DNA of 64,000 nucleotides from an uncultured archaeon (GTDB lineage Archaea; Altiarchaeota; Altiarchaeia; IMC4; QMZM01). Location of the stretch: the NCBI GenBank assembly GCA_964549685.1, contig CAZJVE010000006.1, positions 108-64,107 on the forward strand. Direction: 5' to 3'. Numbering within the stretch: position 1 is the stretch's first letter; every line of letters begins with the position of its first letter. Below are positions 19,666 through 29,025 of this stretch, piece after piece. The notes beneath the pieces were generated by a model, which was given only the letters and a program-made list of their open reading frames with translations, made no database searches and was not told the origin of the DNA. The translations under genes and the position numbers were made by a program.

Positions 19666-21300
19666 TTATGCCTTCAGGTTCTTTTCATCCTCCACCAGCT
19701 CAAGGACGGTGTCTCTATCAACGTAATACTCGGTGATTATCTTGCCTACGTCATTGACCTCCTTTATGTCCTTCTTCATGAGCCACTCAAGAATCCTTTT
19801 CTTTCCATCTATGTCCTCGAGCATCTCGCTCTCCGTCATCCCTGTGAACATCTCCAGCTCTTCAAGTACCCTGACCGAGGGGTTTACCTGCTCTATTGCA
19901 TCGGTGTTGGGGTTCCACCGGTACAGGGTATTCATCTGGGTTGCGCCGTCTTCCCCCCTTATGAGCTCCACTATCTCCAAGGTTCTTCTCTGCCCCGTTC
20001 TCCTGTTGATGTGCTGTGCAACAATTAAATGCAATGAACTCATAACGATGTCCGGGATGTCCATCGGCGGGCTGGTAATTCTGTCGATAACCTCTCTGGC
20101 CTCGAGGGCGTGGAACGTTCCATAGACGGAGTGACCTGTGTGCATTGCCTCGAAGAGAACCTCGGTCTCCTCCTTTCTCCGGACCTCTCCAACTATGATT
20201 CTGTCAGGCCTCATCCTGAGGGAATTCTCTACCAAATCAAGGACGGAAACCTCTCCCTCGCCTCTCGGAGTGGGCGGCCTTACCGTTAGCGGAATCCAGT
20301 GCAGGTACTCGGGAAGGGTTATCTCTCTCGTATCCTCCATGGAGATAATCCTCTGGTTTGCGGGGAAGAAGGGCATCAATGCGTTCAGCATGCTTGTCTT
20401 CCCGGATGCTGTTCCCCCTGTGACTATCATGCTGAGTTCGTATTCGATAGCAAGCCAGAGGAAGGCGGCCGCCTCCGAGGTTATCGTTGAAAAGGCAGGG
20501 CTTATGAGGTGCACCATAGTCCATGGCGTCCTTGAGAACCGCCTTATAGTTATAGTATTGCCATTGGTTGATATGGGAAACAGTGTTGCATTGACTCTGT
20601 CCCCTGTAATCAGGTGGGCATCCAGAAGGGGGTCCGACTGCGTTATCTCCCTCCCCACCTCCCTGGCAACCCTTGACGCATAGTTCATTATCTGCTCCTC
20701 TGTGGGAACCATAACGTTTGTCTTGAGCCATGCGTGCTTCTTGTGGTATACCCACGCAACGTCCTTGCTGTTGTTGACAACGACCTCCTCAAGATTCCCG
20801 TCAGCAAGAAGATACTCCAGGTTCCCGAGGCCGGTCATGTCGTTGACTATTATCTTGCTCAGCATGCTTATGTCATCCTCTGACGCCTGTTTCAGGACAT
20901 GCCTCAGCTTTTCCCTCGCCCTTTCCAGAAATTCGACCTTCAACTCCTTGAATTTATGAGGGTCGAGGATGTTCCTCGTCTCAATCTGAATCTCTCCAAC
21001 AAGACTTCTCTTTGTCTCGTCCATCAGGGCGCTGGTTACGAAATCTATCTCGGGCAATGAAGTCTGATAGTGCAATACATAGTCTCCGACATCGACTATT
21101 CTCACAGGTATGGAGATGTCCTCAATCTGGACGGAATACTTGGATATCTCGGTTTCCTCCGTCTTTGGCTCTTCTTTCCTCTGCCCCGGCTTCTTCACTG
21201 TTTCCCCCGGCTTCTCCACTGTTTCTTTTTTAACTGGGGTTTCAGTCTTCTTCACTTCTCCCTTCGCCCCCTGCTTCGGCGCTTCTTTATTTTTTGCCAT
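19666..21300 (-). CDS. Type II/IV secretion system ATPase (TadA/VirB11/FlaI family)
   Basis: GGTASGKTS, SMEDTRE, LRMRPDRIIVGEVR and HTGH motifs. Confidence 0.95.
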   Translation of the reverse strand: MAKNKEAPKQGAKGEVKKTETPVKKETVEKPGETVKKPGQRKEEPKTEETEISKYSVQIEDISIPVRIVDVGDYVLHYQTSLPEIDFVTSALMDETKRSLVGEIQIETRNILDPHKFKELKVEFLERAREKLRHVLKQASEDDISMLSKIIVNDMTGLGNLEYLLADGNLEEVVVNNSKDVAWVYHKKHAWLKTNVMVPTEEQIMNYASRVAREVGREITQSDPLLDAHLITGDRVNATLFPISTNGNTITIRRFSRTPWTMVHLISPAFSTITSEAAAFLWLAIEYELSMIVTGGTASGKTSMLNALMPFFPANQRIISMEDTREITLPEYLHWIPLTVRPPTPRGEGEVSVLDLVENSLRMRPDRIIVGEVRRKEETEVLFEAMHTGHSVYGTFHALEAREVIDRITSPPMDIPDIVMSSLHLIVAQHINRRTGQRRTLEIVELIRGEDGATQMNTLYRWNPNTDAIEQVNPSVRVLEELEMFTGMTESEMLEDIDGKKRILEWLMKKDIKEVNDVGKIITEYYVDRDTVLELVEDEKNLKA

Positions 21301-21340
21301 TGAACCTATTAATTCTTTTTATTCTAACTATAAATAAATC

Positions 21341-22420
21341 TCAGGGGTAGCTCACAATGATGCAATCCAGGGGTTCTTCACAATCCGTCCCCCCTATGCC
21401 GTACTTATCCACGTGCTTCTGGTCTATTTTGAAGTAAAGATCGGAACCCGGGTACGTCTCGGTGTAATTTCGCGTACCATTGACGCAACATGCGCCCCCT
21501 GTTGAATTCCAGTAGAGGTAATCAACCCATGAATAGCTGTTGTCAACAGTAACGTCGTGCGTCCAGAAGCTGTATATGTCGGCGAAGCTCTCGAGGCCGA
21601 TCTCATTGCTGCCAAAATACTGGAGCGACTGTGACGAGTATTTGCTGTTCAGGGTTGAATTCCCGTCCATTCTGTCAAAGAACGACGGTCCCTCATAGGT
21701 ATTGTTTGATGCAAGATAGCAGGCAGAATCAATCCAGCCGTTGATTGTTTCCCCGGTAACAGTAGCAGAAATCTGGCAGGACTGGAATTCTTGCAGTATA
21801 TCCGGCTCCCCCGTTCTGAGATAATACAGGGGGTCCTCAAGGCCCGTTATTGACACAAGGGAAACTATAGAGTCATTGTTCCCGTAGTAGGCTACCCGGT
21901 TATTAGCGGAAATCGTAACCAGTGCAATGGCTGCAAAATTCCATGAGTCGTACATGGCCAGGGTGAGGTTTACTACATCTACCTCAACGCTGTATTTCCT
22001 GTACTGGGATTCTACTCTCGCGGTCCAGTTGGAGAGGGTGTGGTTCTCCATCCCTGGCACCATATTCCCTTCCAGTGTTCCGCAGAGTATAAGCTCCGCT
22101 ATTGCGGCCTGCGAATCGTTTGCATAATAGGAATAATTGAAGGCGGTGCAGTTGCGCATCACATATCCCGAGAGATTCAGAGAGGAGTTCATTATCCAGC
22201 TTGTCGCATAGGCCGCTGATTTTTTAGCTGATATGTCCATCGCCCTTCCAAAGTCCTTCTTCAGGCTTTCGACAAAGTAGTGCAGCTCATCGGTGCCGAC
22301 CCGGTTCACAAGGCTCTCTAAGCCAGGCTCAGATGACTCGACATAGAAGGAGTAGAGTGATACCAAAAGCAGGGACATGATTACAGTAACCAGAGTGAAG
22401 ATGTATCCCCTGTTGTCCAT
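21341..22420 (-). CDS. Pilin-like secreted protein with class III signal peptide
   Basis: MDNRG/YIFTLVTVIMSLLLV prepilin-like N-terminus; GLEDPLY and GPSFFDRM motifs; many N-x-S/T sites; upstream of the pilus ATPase. Confidence 0.65.
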   Translation of the reverse strand: MDNRGYIFTLVTVIMSLLLVSLYSFYVESSEPGLESLVNRVGTDELHYFVESLKKDFGRAMDISAKKSAAYATSWIMNSSLNLSGYVMRNCTAFNYSYYANDSQAAIAELILCGTLEGNMVPGMENHTLSNWTARVESQYRKYSVEVDVVNLTLAMYDSWNFAAIALVTISANNRVAYYGNNDSIVSLVSITGLEDPLYYLRTGEPDILQEFQSCQISATVTGETINGWIDSACYLASNNTYEGPSFFDRMDGNSTLNSKYSSQSLQYFGSNEIGLESFADIYSFWTHDVTVDNSYSWVDYLYWNSTGGACCVNGTRNYTETYPGSDLYFKIDQKHVDKYGIGGTDCEEPLDCIIVSYP

Positions 22421-22443
22421 CAGTTAAATATGGTAGTATTGGA

Positions 22444-24255
22444 TTAATACTCCTTGTGGTCGCGCCCCCGGTCAAATTTCTTCTCAAGGGCTTTCAGGAA
22501 TGACGGCTCGTACTTCCTCAGGAGTTCGTCCCTCTTTATCTCCTCGAGCCTCATTATATGCTCGCTCTTTATCCGGTCCATCTTCTTCCTGCACTTCACA
22601 TATTCCCCAATTACTCTCTTGTCGCCACACTTTATGTGCCTCTCCATGAACTCCGATATTGCGTCCCCGGCTAACATCCTTGGCAGCATTACATAATCCG
22701 CCCCGGCATTGTAGAGCCTGAGTGCACCATCAAGTTCATCCGACGTAACTACGATAAGGGCATCGGCATTGACCCTCTTCACCTCCTCAATCATAAAGAG
22801 ATTATCATTCTGGTCGGGAACCGTTGAGATAACGGCGTCCGCATTCTTCAAATCTATCCTCTCGAGGATTTCGAAATCTCCGATATCTCCATAAATGCAT
22901 GAGATGGTCTGGCAGATAAGCGAGTCTATGACGTCGGGGTTTATATCGACAACCAGGAAGTCCCTTTTGAATCTCTGCAGCGTCCTGACTATCTTGTAGC
23001 CCATCCTCTTGCATCCGAAGACGATTACGTGGTTCTTATGCTCCCTAGGGAGATGTTCAAGCTCCTTGTCCTTGGAGATTCTGTCGATTACCCTCAGGAT
23101 AGGAGACATTCTCCTGTATATCTCAGGGCCGTGGATTATGAAGTAGGAGCTTACGGTAATGGTTGTCACGCCTATGAAGATAATCATCGAGAAGACGTTG
23201 TAGGATATGTGCCCGAGCCTCAGCCCCTCGCTCGCCATTATGAGGGAGAATTCGCTTATCTGTGCCAGGTAGAGGGCCGAGAGGAAGGACGTCCTCTTCT
23301 TGTAGCCCAAAAGGGTCACTATCAGAAGAACAATCAGGATGTTTCCAATCAGCACGAAGAGGGATAATATTATTGCCTCCGACAGGAATACTAGATTTGC
23401 TGGAATCTGCATCCCCAGCGAAACGAAGAATATGGTGGCAAAGAAGTCCCTAAGCGACTTTATCCTACCTATAATCTCGATGTTGTAGGGGAAGGCTGCA
23501 AGGCTGAGCCCCGCAAGGAAGGCGCCGACTCCGATTGAGAGCCCCATGACGAAGGATGACGCAGCAAATATGAAGCACCACGAAAGCGCAAAGAGGAACA
23601 GGAGTTCTATGGACCGGGCTATGTACCTGAGAAGAAACGGCGTTACATACACCCCCGCGACTATAGCTATCGAAACCAGACCAAGGCCCTTCAGGAGCGG
23701 GTCGGCTACAGTGGATAGAGACATAGAACCGATGTTTGTCAGCATGGCCAGAACCAGGATAGTTACTATGTCCTGGACAAGAAGGATTCCAAGCGCTATC
23801 TTCCCGTGCAGTGTGTCAAGCTCATTCTTATCCGAGAGAAGCTTAATGACGACCATTGTGCTGCTGATGGTCAGGATGAAAGCTATATAGAATGACTCGA
23901 GGTTCTGGAACCCCAGTAGGGTGGAAAGTAGAAATCCAAAAGTGAACGTTATTGCAATCTGGCCAAGCCCGCAGAGGACCGAGACCCTGCCGACCTGCTT
24001 AAGCCTTGAGAGGTCAAGCTCCAGCCCGACCATGAAAAGGAGGAACGCAATCCCCATCTCGGCGAAGGTCGATATCATATGGCCGCTCGTTATAAGGCGA
24101 AAGGCAGCGGGGCCGATAAGAATGCCCCCCACGACATAGGCAAGAATCAGCGGCTGTTTGAACACCCTTGCAATCAGGCCGAGGAATGTTGCAGTAAGCA
24201 CTATGATGCCCAGATCCCAAAGGATTAACGCGCCCGATATTTCCATATTTACCAC
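22444..24255 (-). CDS. CPA2/Kef-type cation:proton antiporter with TrkA-N (RCK) domain
   Basis: LLFMVGLEL, SSTMVVIKLL, LLVQD and QISEFS motifs; C-terminal Rossmann-like VIVFGCKRMG. Confidence 0.92.
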   Translation of the reverse strand: MVNMEISGALILWDLGIIVLTATFLGLIARVFKQPLILAYVVGGILIGPAAFRLITSGHMISTFAEMGIAFLLFMVGLELDLSRLKQVGRVSVLCGLGQIAITFTFGFLLSTLLGFQNLESFYIAFILTISSTMVVIKLLSDKNELDTLHGKIALGILLVQDIVTILVLAMLTNIGSMSLSTVADPLLKGLGLVSIAIVAGVYVTPFLLRYIARSIELLFLFALSWCFIFAASSFVMGLSIGVGAFLAGLSLAAFPYNIEIIGRIKSLRDFFATIFFVSLGMQIPANLVFLSEAIILSLFVLIGNILIVLLIVTLLGYKKRTSFLSALYLAQISEFSLIMASEGLRLGHISYNVFSMIIFIGVTTITVSSYFIIHGPEIYRRMSPILRVIDRISKDKELEHLPREHKNHVIVFGCKRMGYKIVRTLQRFKRDFLVVDINPDVIDSLICQTISCIYGDIGDFEILERIDLKNADAVISTVPDQNDNLFMIEEVKRVNADALIVVTSDELDGALRLYNAGADYVMLPRMLAGDAISEFMERHIKCGDKRVIGEYVKCRKKMDRIKSEHIMRLEEIKRDELLRKYEPSFLKALEKKFDRGRDHKEY

Positions 24256-24290
24256 GTACTATGTCAACGTCCTGTTTATACCTTTAGTTT

Positions 24291-24935
24291 TTAGTGAGTA
24301 AAAAAAGGTATGGCCGCTTCAATCGCATTCCATATCTCCCCAGCTATTGATTTTTTGTCGGCTGGCGGGACATGCTTAACGTCTTTGCCGTCCAGAATCC
24401 ACACCTCTGTCTTTTCACTCCCAAAGATATTCTTTCCTATGTCGTTCGCAACCACCAGATTCAGTTTCTCGCTGCTGAGCTTCTTTCTTGCCCGCTCCAG
24501 GAGCTCCTCCTGAGGGACATTGACTTCCGCCTTGAAAGCAACTATGAACGGCCCGGGGAATTTCTCCCTCGCAAGCCTTGTCAGCTTGGGGGTGGGCTTC
24601 AGCCTCAGCATAACCTCCTTGCTGGAATCCATCTTGCCCTGCCGGAACTCAGGGGAATAATCCGCGATTGCGGCGGCGGAAATTATGACATCATAACCTC
24701 CCTTCAGCTCCTCCAAAGTAGAATTCACCATTTCCTCGGCGGTTTTGACATCTATAACCTTAATCCCCTCGGGAATCTCGACATCGACCGGCCCGGAAAC
24801 CGCCGTAACCTCGTGGCCCCTCTTCCTGCCCTCCTCCGCAAGAGCAAGGCCCATCTTCCCAGAACTTGCGTTACTTATGAACCGCACGGAATCTATGGGC
24901 TCCCGGGTCGGGCCCATGGTTATAAGAACCCTCAT
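24291..24935 (-). CDS. coaB: Phosphopantothenoylcysteine synthetase (stand-alone CoaB domain)
   Basis: GPTREPIDSVRFISNASSGKMG, AAAIADY, FKAE and VVAND motifs; no CoaC domain. Confidence 0.9.
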   Translation of the reverse strand: MRVLITMGPTREPIDSVRFISNASSGKMGLALAEEGRKRGHEVTAVSGPVDVEIPEGIKVIDVKTAEEMVNSTLEELKGGYDVIISAAAIADYSPEFRQGKMDSSKEVMLRLKPTPKLTRLAREKFPGPFIVAFKAEVNVPQEELLERARKKLSSEKLNLVVANDIGKNIFGSEKTEVWILDGKDVKHVPPADKKSIAGEIWNAIEAAIPFFTH

Positions 24936-25387
24936 TTTAACAGCTTGCCTTCAGAATCAATCTCATTGCCCGATATCCTCTCTCCCGAAATCGGCTTTCC
25001 GTCATCAGCAAGAACCAGCGGAATGACCACTATGGACAGCTTCCCCAGGCCCTTCTTGAATCTCACGGCATTAATCTCCTGCGCCCTGAGCAGCGTCTCC
25101 TCGCTAACGACTATGCAGTCAATGCCCGGGTCTATCGTCGCTATGCCGTAGGAATCGTCAATCTTGATAATCTCGTAGGGCTTGTCAAAGCCCCGGAGCA
25201 TTTCCTCCAGCCTCTTCTTCCTCTCCTCGTAAGGCGATGTTTCCATTGCCCTGAACCTGTTGGCAAACTCGTCCGATGTCAGGCCAATAATCACGGAATC
25301 TGATATCTGAAACCCCACGTCCAGGATTTTCTTGTGCCCCTCGTGAATGACATCAAAGGTGCCGCCGATAACCACTTTCTCGAACAT
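24932..25387 (-). CDS. coaD: Phosphopantetheine adenylyltransferase (archaeal type)
   Basis: GGTFDVIHEGH, IVVSEET and PISGERI motifs. Confidence 0.92.
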   Translation of the reverse strand: MFEKVVIGGTFDVIHEGHKKILDVGFQISDSVIIGLTSDEFANRFRAMETSPYEERKKRLEEMLRGFDKPYEIIKIDDSYGIATIDPGIDCIVVSEETLLRAQEINAVRFKKGLGKLSIVVIPLVLADDGKPISGERISGNEIDSEGKLLK

Positions 25388-25444
25388 TTTGGCTCCTTAC
25401 TATTGTAGATTTCTTCTTAATATCTTCATTCCATATTTATTAAA

Positions 25445-26209
25445 ATGGAGACGGTCAAAATCCTTGATGTCAGGAAGGAAAACCCCTCCACAAAAACGCT
25501 CGTTCTAGACTTAAAGCTTGATTCTGAACCCGGGCAATTCGTCATGGTCTGGCTGCCCTCTGTTGGAGAAAAACCCTTCGGCGTCAGCAGGCTGGAAGGC
25601 AGCATCGAGATTACTGTAAAGGACGTGGGGCCCTTCACCAAGGAGCTTGTCAAGGCAAAGGCCGGTTCCCTCCTAGGAATCCGCGGTCCCTACGGAAACG
25701 GCTATGAGCTTAAAGGCAAGAAACCCTGCATAATCGGCGGCGGGGTCGGCCTGGCCCCTCTGATGCCCATAATCGAGCGCCTCGGAAAAAAAGCAACGGT
25801 AATACAGGGCGTTAAGACAAAAAACGATATTCTCTTCACCGACCGAATCGAAAAATCCGGAGCCAATCTGCACATAGCTACTGACGATGGCTCCCACGGA
25901 GAGAAGTGCTTCTGCCACGAGCTCTTCGAGAAAATTCTCCTGGAAAAGGAATTCGATCAGGTCTACTGCTGCGGACCCGAAATCATGATGTCGAAGGTTA
26001 TGAAAATTTCCATGGCCAAAAAAATCCCCTGTCAGCTCTCCCTCGAGAGATGGATGAAGTGCGGCTTTGGGCTGTGCGGCTCCTGCTCCCTTGACCCTTC
26101 AGGCCTGCTGGTATGCAAAGACGGCCCTGTATTTAAGGCAGAGCAGCTCCAGGGCACGGAATTCGGCAGCTATGCAAGAGATGCTGCAGGCTCAAAAATC
26201 AGTTTATAA
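25445..26209 (+). CDS. pyrK: Dihydroorotate dehydrogenase electron-transfer subunit
   Basis: PGQFVMVW, RGPYGNG, CGPEIMM and MKCGFGLCGSC..VCKDGPVF [2Fe-2S] motif. Confidence 0.93.
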   Translation: METVKILDVRKENPSTKTLVLDLKLDSEPGQFVMVWLPSVGEKPFGVSRLEGSIEITVKDVGPFTKELVKAKAGSLLGIRGPYGNGYELKGKKPCIIGGGVGLAPLMPIIERLGKKATVIQGVKTKNDILFTDRIEKSGANLHIATDDGSHGEKCFCHELFEKILLEKEFDQVYCCGPEIMMSKVMKISMAKKIPCQLSLERWMKCGFGLCGSCSLDPSGLLVCKDGPVFKAEQLQGTEFGSYARDAAGSKISL

Positions 26210-26232
26210 AGCTCAACTACAAAGGAATAAAA

Positions 26233-27558
26233 ATGCCCGACCTGGTAATAAAGAACGCAAAGCTTGTTCTCCCCGACGGCATTGTTGAGGGGGGCATTGT
26301 CATCGAGGGAGGCAGGATAAAGGAGATAAAGAAGAGCTCCGGCCTCCCTGACTCAGACGAGATTCTTGATGCGAAAGGTAATTACATCCTGCCGGGCCTG
26401 ATAGACGCTCATGTTCACTTCAGGGAGCCGGGAGCCAGCTCGAAGGAGGACTGGACAACGGGCTCTTCCGCTGCTGCCGCAGGGGGGATAACGACCGTTC
26501 TCGACATGCCCAACACCCAGCCCCCGACAACAACGCTGGAAAATCTTGAGGGGAAGAGAAAGATAGCCTCCTCGAAGTCCGTTGTCGATTACGGCTTCCA
26601 CTTCGGAGCCTGCAACGAGAACATGGAGGAGCTGAGTGCCCTTGCCCACGAAATAGCATCCGTGAAGTTCTACATGAGCCAGACCACAGGCAACCTGACC
26701 GTGGACAACGATGCAGTCCTCCACGAAGAACTGAGACTGCTAGCCAACAAAGGAATTCTCGCAACGGCCCATGCGGAGAACAACGAGATGATAGACTATT
26801 TCACCACAAAACTGCAGGAGGAGGGCAGGGACGACCCCCAGGCCTATGCGGACTCAAGGCCGCCAATATGCGCAGCCGATGCAACCAACATGGCAATATT
26901 CCTGGCCGGGCTGGCAGATTGCAGACTGCATCTCTGCCACATAAGCACCTCCCTGGAAGTCGCTATGGTAGAGGAACACAAAAAATCCCAACAGCTGACT
27001 GCTGAGGCAACCCCGCATCATCTCTTCCTGACAAGGGAGGATTTCAAGAAGCTCAGCGCATATGCAAAAACAAATCCTCCACTCAGGACCGACGAGGACA
27101 GGAAGGCACTCTGGAATGGAATTACCTCGGGAGCAATAGACATCATAGCCTCGGACCATGCCCCCCACCTCCCCGAATCCAAGGAGAAGGGCATCTGGAA
27201 GTCATCCGCAGGAGTGCCAGGGCTTGAAACCCTCCTCCCCCTGCTCCTGAACGAGGTCAACAACGGAACCCTGTCCATGGAAACGGTCGCAAGGCTCACG
27301 GCAGAGAACCCCGCAAGAATTTTTGGGATAGAGAATAAGGGCAAAATAGCCGAGGGCTACGACGCAGACCTGACAATAGTCGACCTGAACGAAGAATTCA
27401 AGGTAAAGAATGATGAGCTCTTCACGAAGTGCAAATGGAGTCCCTTCAACGGCCGGAAACTGAAAGGCCATGTAATAAAGACCATAGTCAGAGGTAACAT
27501 CATATTCGACCAAGGCAATGTAAACGAAACCCCTGGAACGGAGGTGAACTATGTCTGA
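26233..27558 (+). CDS. pyrC: Dihydroorotase
   Basis: PGLIDAHVHFREPG, DMPNTQP, NPPLR and SDHAPH motifs. Confidence 0.93.
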   Translation: MPDLVIKNAKLVLPDGIVEGGIVIEGGRIKEIKKSSGLPDSDEILDAKGNYILPGLIDAHVHFREPGASSKEDWTTGSSAAAAGGITTVLDMPNTQPPTTTLENLEGKRKIASSKSVVDYGFHFGACNENMEELSALAHEIASVKFYMSQTTGNLTVDNDAVLHEELRLLANKGILATAHAENNEMIDYFTTKLQEEGRDDPQAYADSRPPICAADATNMAIFLAGLADCRLHLCHISTSLEVAMVEEHKKSQQLTAEATPHHLFLTREDFKKLSAYAKTNPPLRTDEDRKALWNGITSGAIDIIASDHAPHLPESKEKGIWKSSAGVPGLETLLPLLLNEVNNGTLSMETVARLTAENPARIFGIENKGKIAEGYDADLTIVDLNEEFKVKNDELFTKCKWSPFNGRKLKGHVIKTIVRGNIIFDQGNVNETPGTEVNYV

Positions 27559-28306
27559 ATTCCTGCAGAAGTATCTCAAGGCAAGAGAGGAGAAGAACAG
27601 CACCCTGTGCATAGGGCTGGACCCAGCAATGCCCGGGCTGAGAAAGGAGAACACGATGCCCAACAACGACGTGATGGGCTTTTGCCTCGACATCATAGAC
27701 AAGACCGCCCCCCATGCATGCGCCTTCAAGGCGAACTCCCAGTACATCCTCTTCAATCTCAGCATGGAGCAGCTGCAGGAGCTGAACCAGAAAATCCACG
27801 GCTCCGGAGCAATCTCAATCCTCGACCACAAGCTGTCCGACATCGGCCCCTCCAACCTTGCAGCGATTCATTCAGCAAGCAATGCGGGCTTCGACGCAAT
27901 AACCTTCTCTCCGTTTGCAGGCAATATCAAAGAGGCCGTTGACCAGTGCCACTCAAACGGCCTGGGAATCTTCGTCCTGGCTCTCATGTCCAACCCCGAA
28001 GCAAAGATACAGAAGGAATTCACCAGAGATGGAATGTCACTCTATGAGTGGATAGCTGCCGAGGCAAAAGAGGCAGATGGCCTTGTTGTCGGCCTCACCG
28101 AAAACGCAGCAACAGAAATCCAGAAGATAAGGGAAATCGCAGGAAAAGACAAGATACTCCTCTGCCCCGGCCTTGGAGCACAGGGCGGAAGCGCCGATAA
28201 GCTCCCTGAAGGGAATTCCCTGATAAACGTTGGAAGAGACATAATCTACTCCAAGAATCCCTCGGAAAAAGCCAGGGAATTCAGCCAACAGCTAAAACTC
28301 CGATAG
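27551..28306 (+). CDS. pyrF: Orotidine 5'-phosphate decarboxylase
   Basis: LCIGLDP, D-x-K-x-x-DI (LDHKLSDIG), PGLGAQGG and NVGR motifs. Confidence 0.93.
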   Translation: MSEFLQKYLKAREEKNSTLCIGLDPAMPGLRKENTMPNNDVMGFCLDIIDKTAPHACAFKANSQYILFNLSMEQLQELNQKIHGSGAISILDHKLSDIGPSNLAAIHSASNAGFDAITFSPFAGNIKEAVDQCHSNGLGIFVLALMSNPEAKIQKEFTRDGMSLYEWIAAEAKEADGLVVGLTENAATEIQKIREIAGKDKILLCPGLGAQGGSADKLPEGNSLINVGRDIIYSKNPSEKAREFSQQLKLR

Positions 28307-28813
28307 CGTTCTCCAGAACCCGAACTCATTATGGAGAACCACCCTGTCCTTCAGCAGGTTCTCGTCGAGTGACTTCCTGAATTTATTCATGTCCATTACT
28401 CTCATCACCCTGCTCTTCACGACATGGTCCTTTACGTTTACAACAACCAGAACATCTCCCTGCTTTGCATCGAACAGAACCATGACAACGCCCTTCATCA
28501 GCCCTCTCACCTCTTTTGCCACATCCCTCAGCTTCCCCATCTCCGGCCGCTTCTTAAAGAATTTCTCTCTCCTCTCAACCTCAAGATACTCCATGGTCTT
28601 CAGCAGAAAATCGTTGGCAAAATTGAGCCGGAATATCTTCCTGTTGCCCTTGCCCTTAGCCAGCAGGAAGTCCTTCTCAATGAACTGATTCAGATACCTG
28701 TGAGTATTATTGACAGCAATCCCCGTCCTCCTTGATATCTCCCTGAGATGGAACCCGTCAAGAGGCGAATCCATGAAAACACCAAGAACCTTTTTCCTGC
28801 CCTTAGATATCAT
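28292..28813 (-). CDS. Winged-helix regulator fused to a degenerate minimal nucleotidyltransferase-like domain
   Basis: FHLREISRRTGIAVNNTHRYLNQF HTH and GNRKIFRLN wing; C-half VVMVLF...DVLVVV resembles an MNT lacking the GS and DxD motifs. Confidence 0.7.
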   Translation of the reverse strand: MISKGRKKVLGVFMDSPLDGFHLREISRRTGIAVNNTHRYLNQFIEKDFLLAKGKGNRKIFRLNFANDFLLKTMEYLEVERREKFFKKRPEMGKLRDVAKEVRGLMKGVVMVLFDAKQGDVLVVVNVKDHVVKSRVMRVMDMNKFRKSLDENLLKDRVVLHNEFGFWRTLSEF

Positions 28814-28815
28814 AC

Positions 28816-28874
28816 TGTTCCTAATTATGGAACAAATGCTAAAGAAATAGGAATCTGTTCACATGCTAGGAACA
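28816..28874. promoter_or_regulatory. Two TGTTC-N9-GAACA palindromes (candidate operators)
   Basis: tgttcctaattatggaaca at 28816-28834 and tgttcacatgctaggaaca at 28856-28874; 40-bp period; 2 bp upstream of the wHTH gene start. Confidence 0.75.
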
Positions 28875-29025
28875 TATCCGAAGATATTCAAGAAAAAATC
28901 ATCATTATCAATCATTATATTTGGATTATAGCCACTCAGAGCCTAGATGTCTCAGAATATCCCTCTTTCGTTCACCAATTCGATAACGTTTTTATACCTC
29001 TTCATCAAATATTCTATTACCAAAG

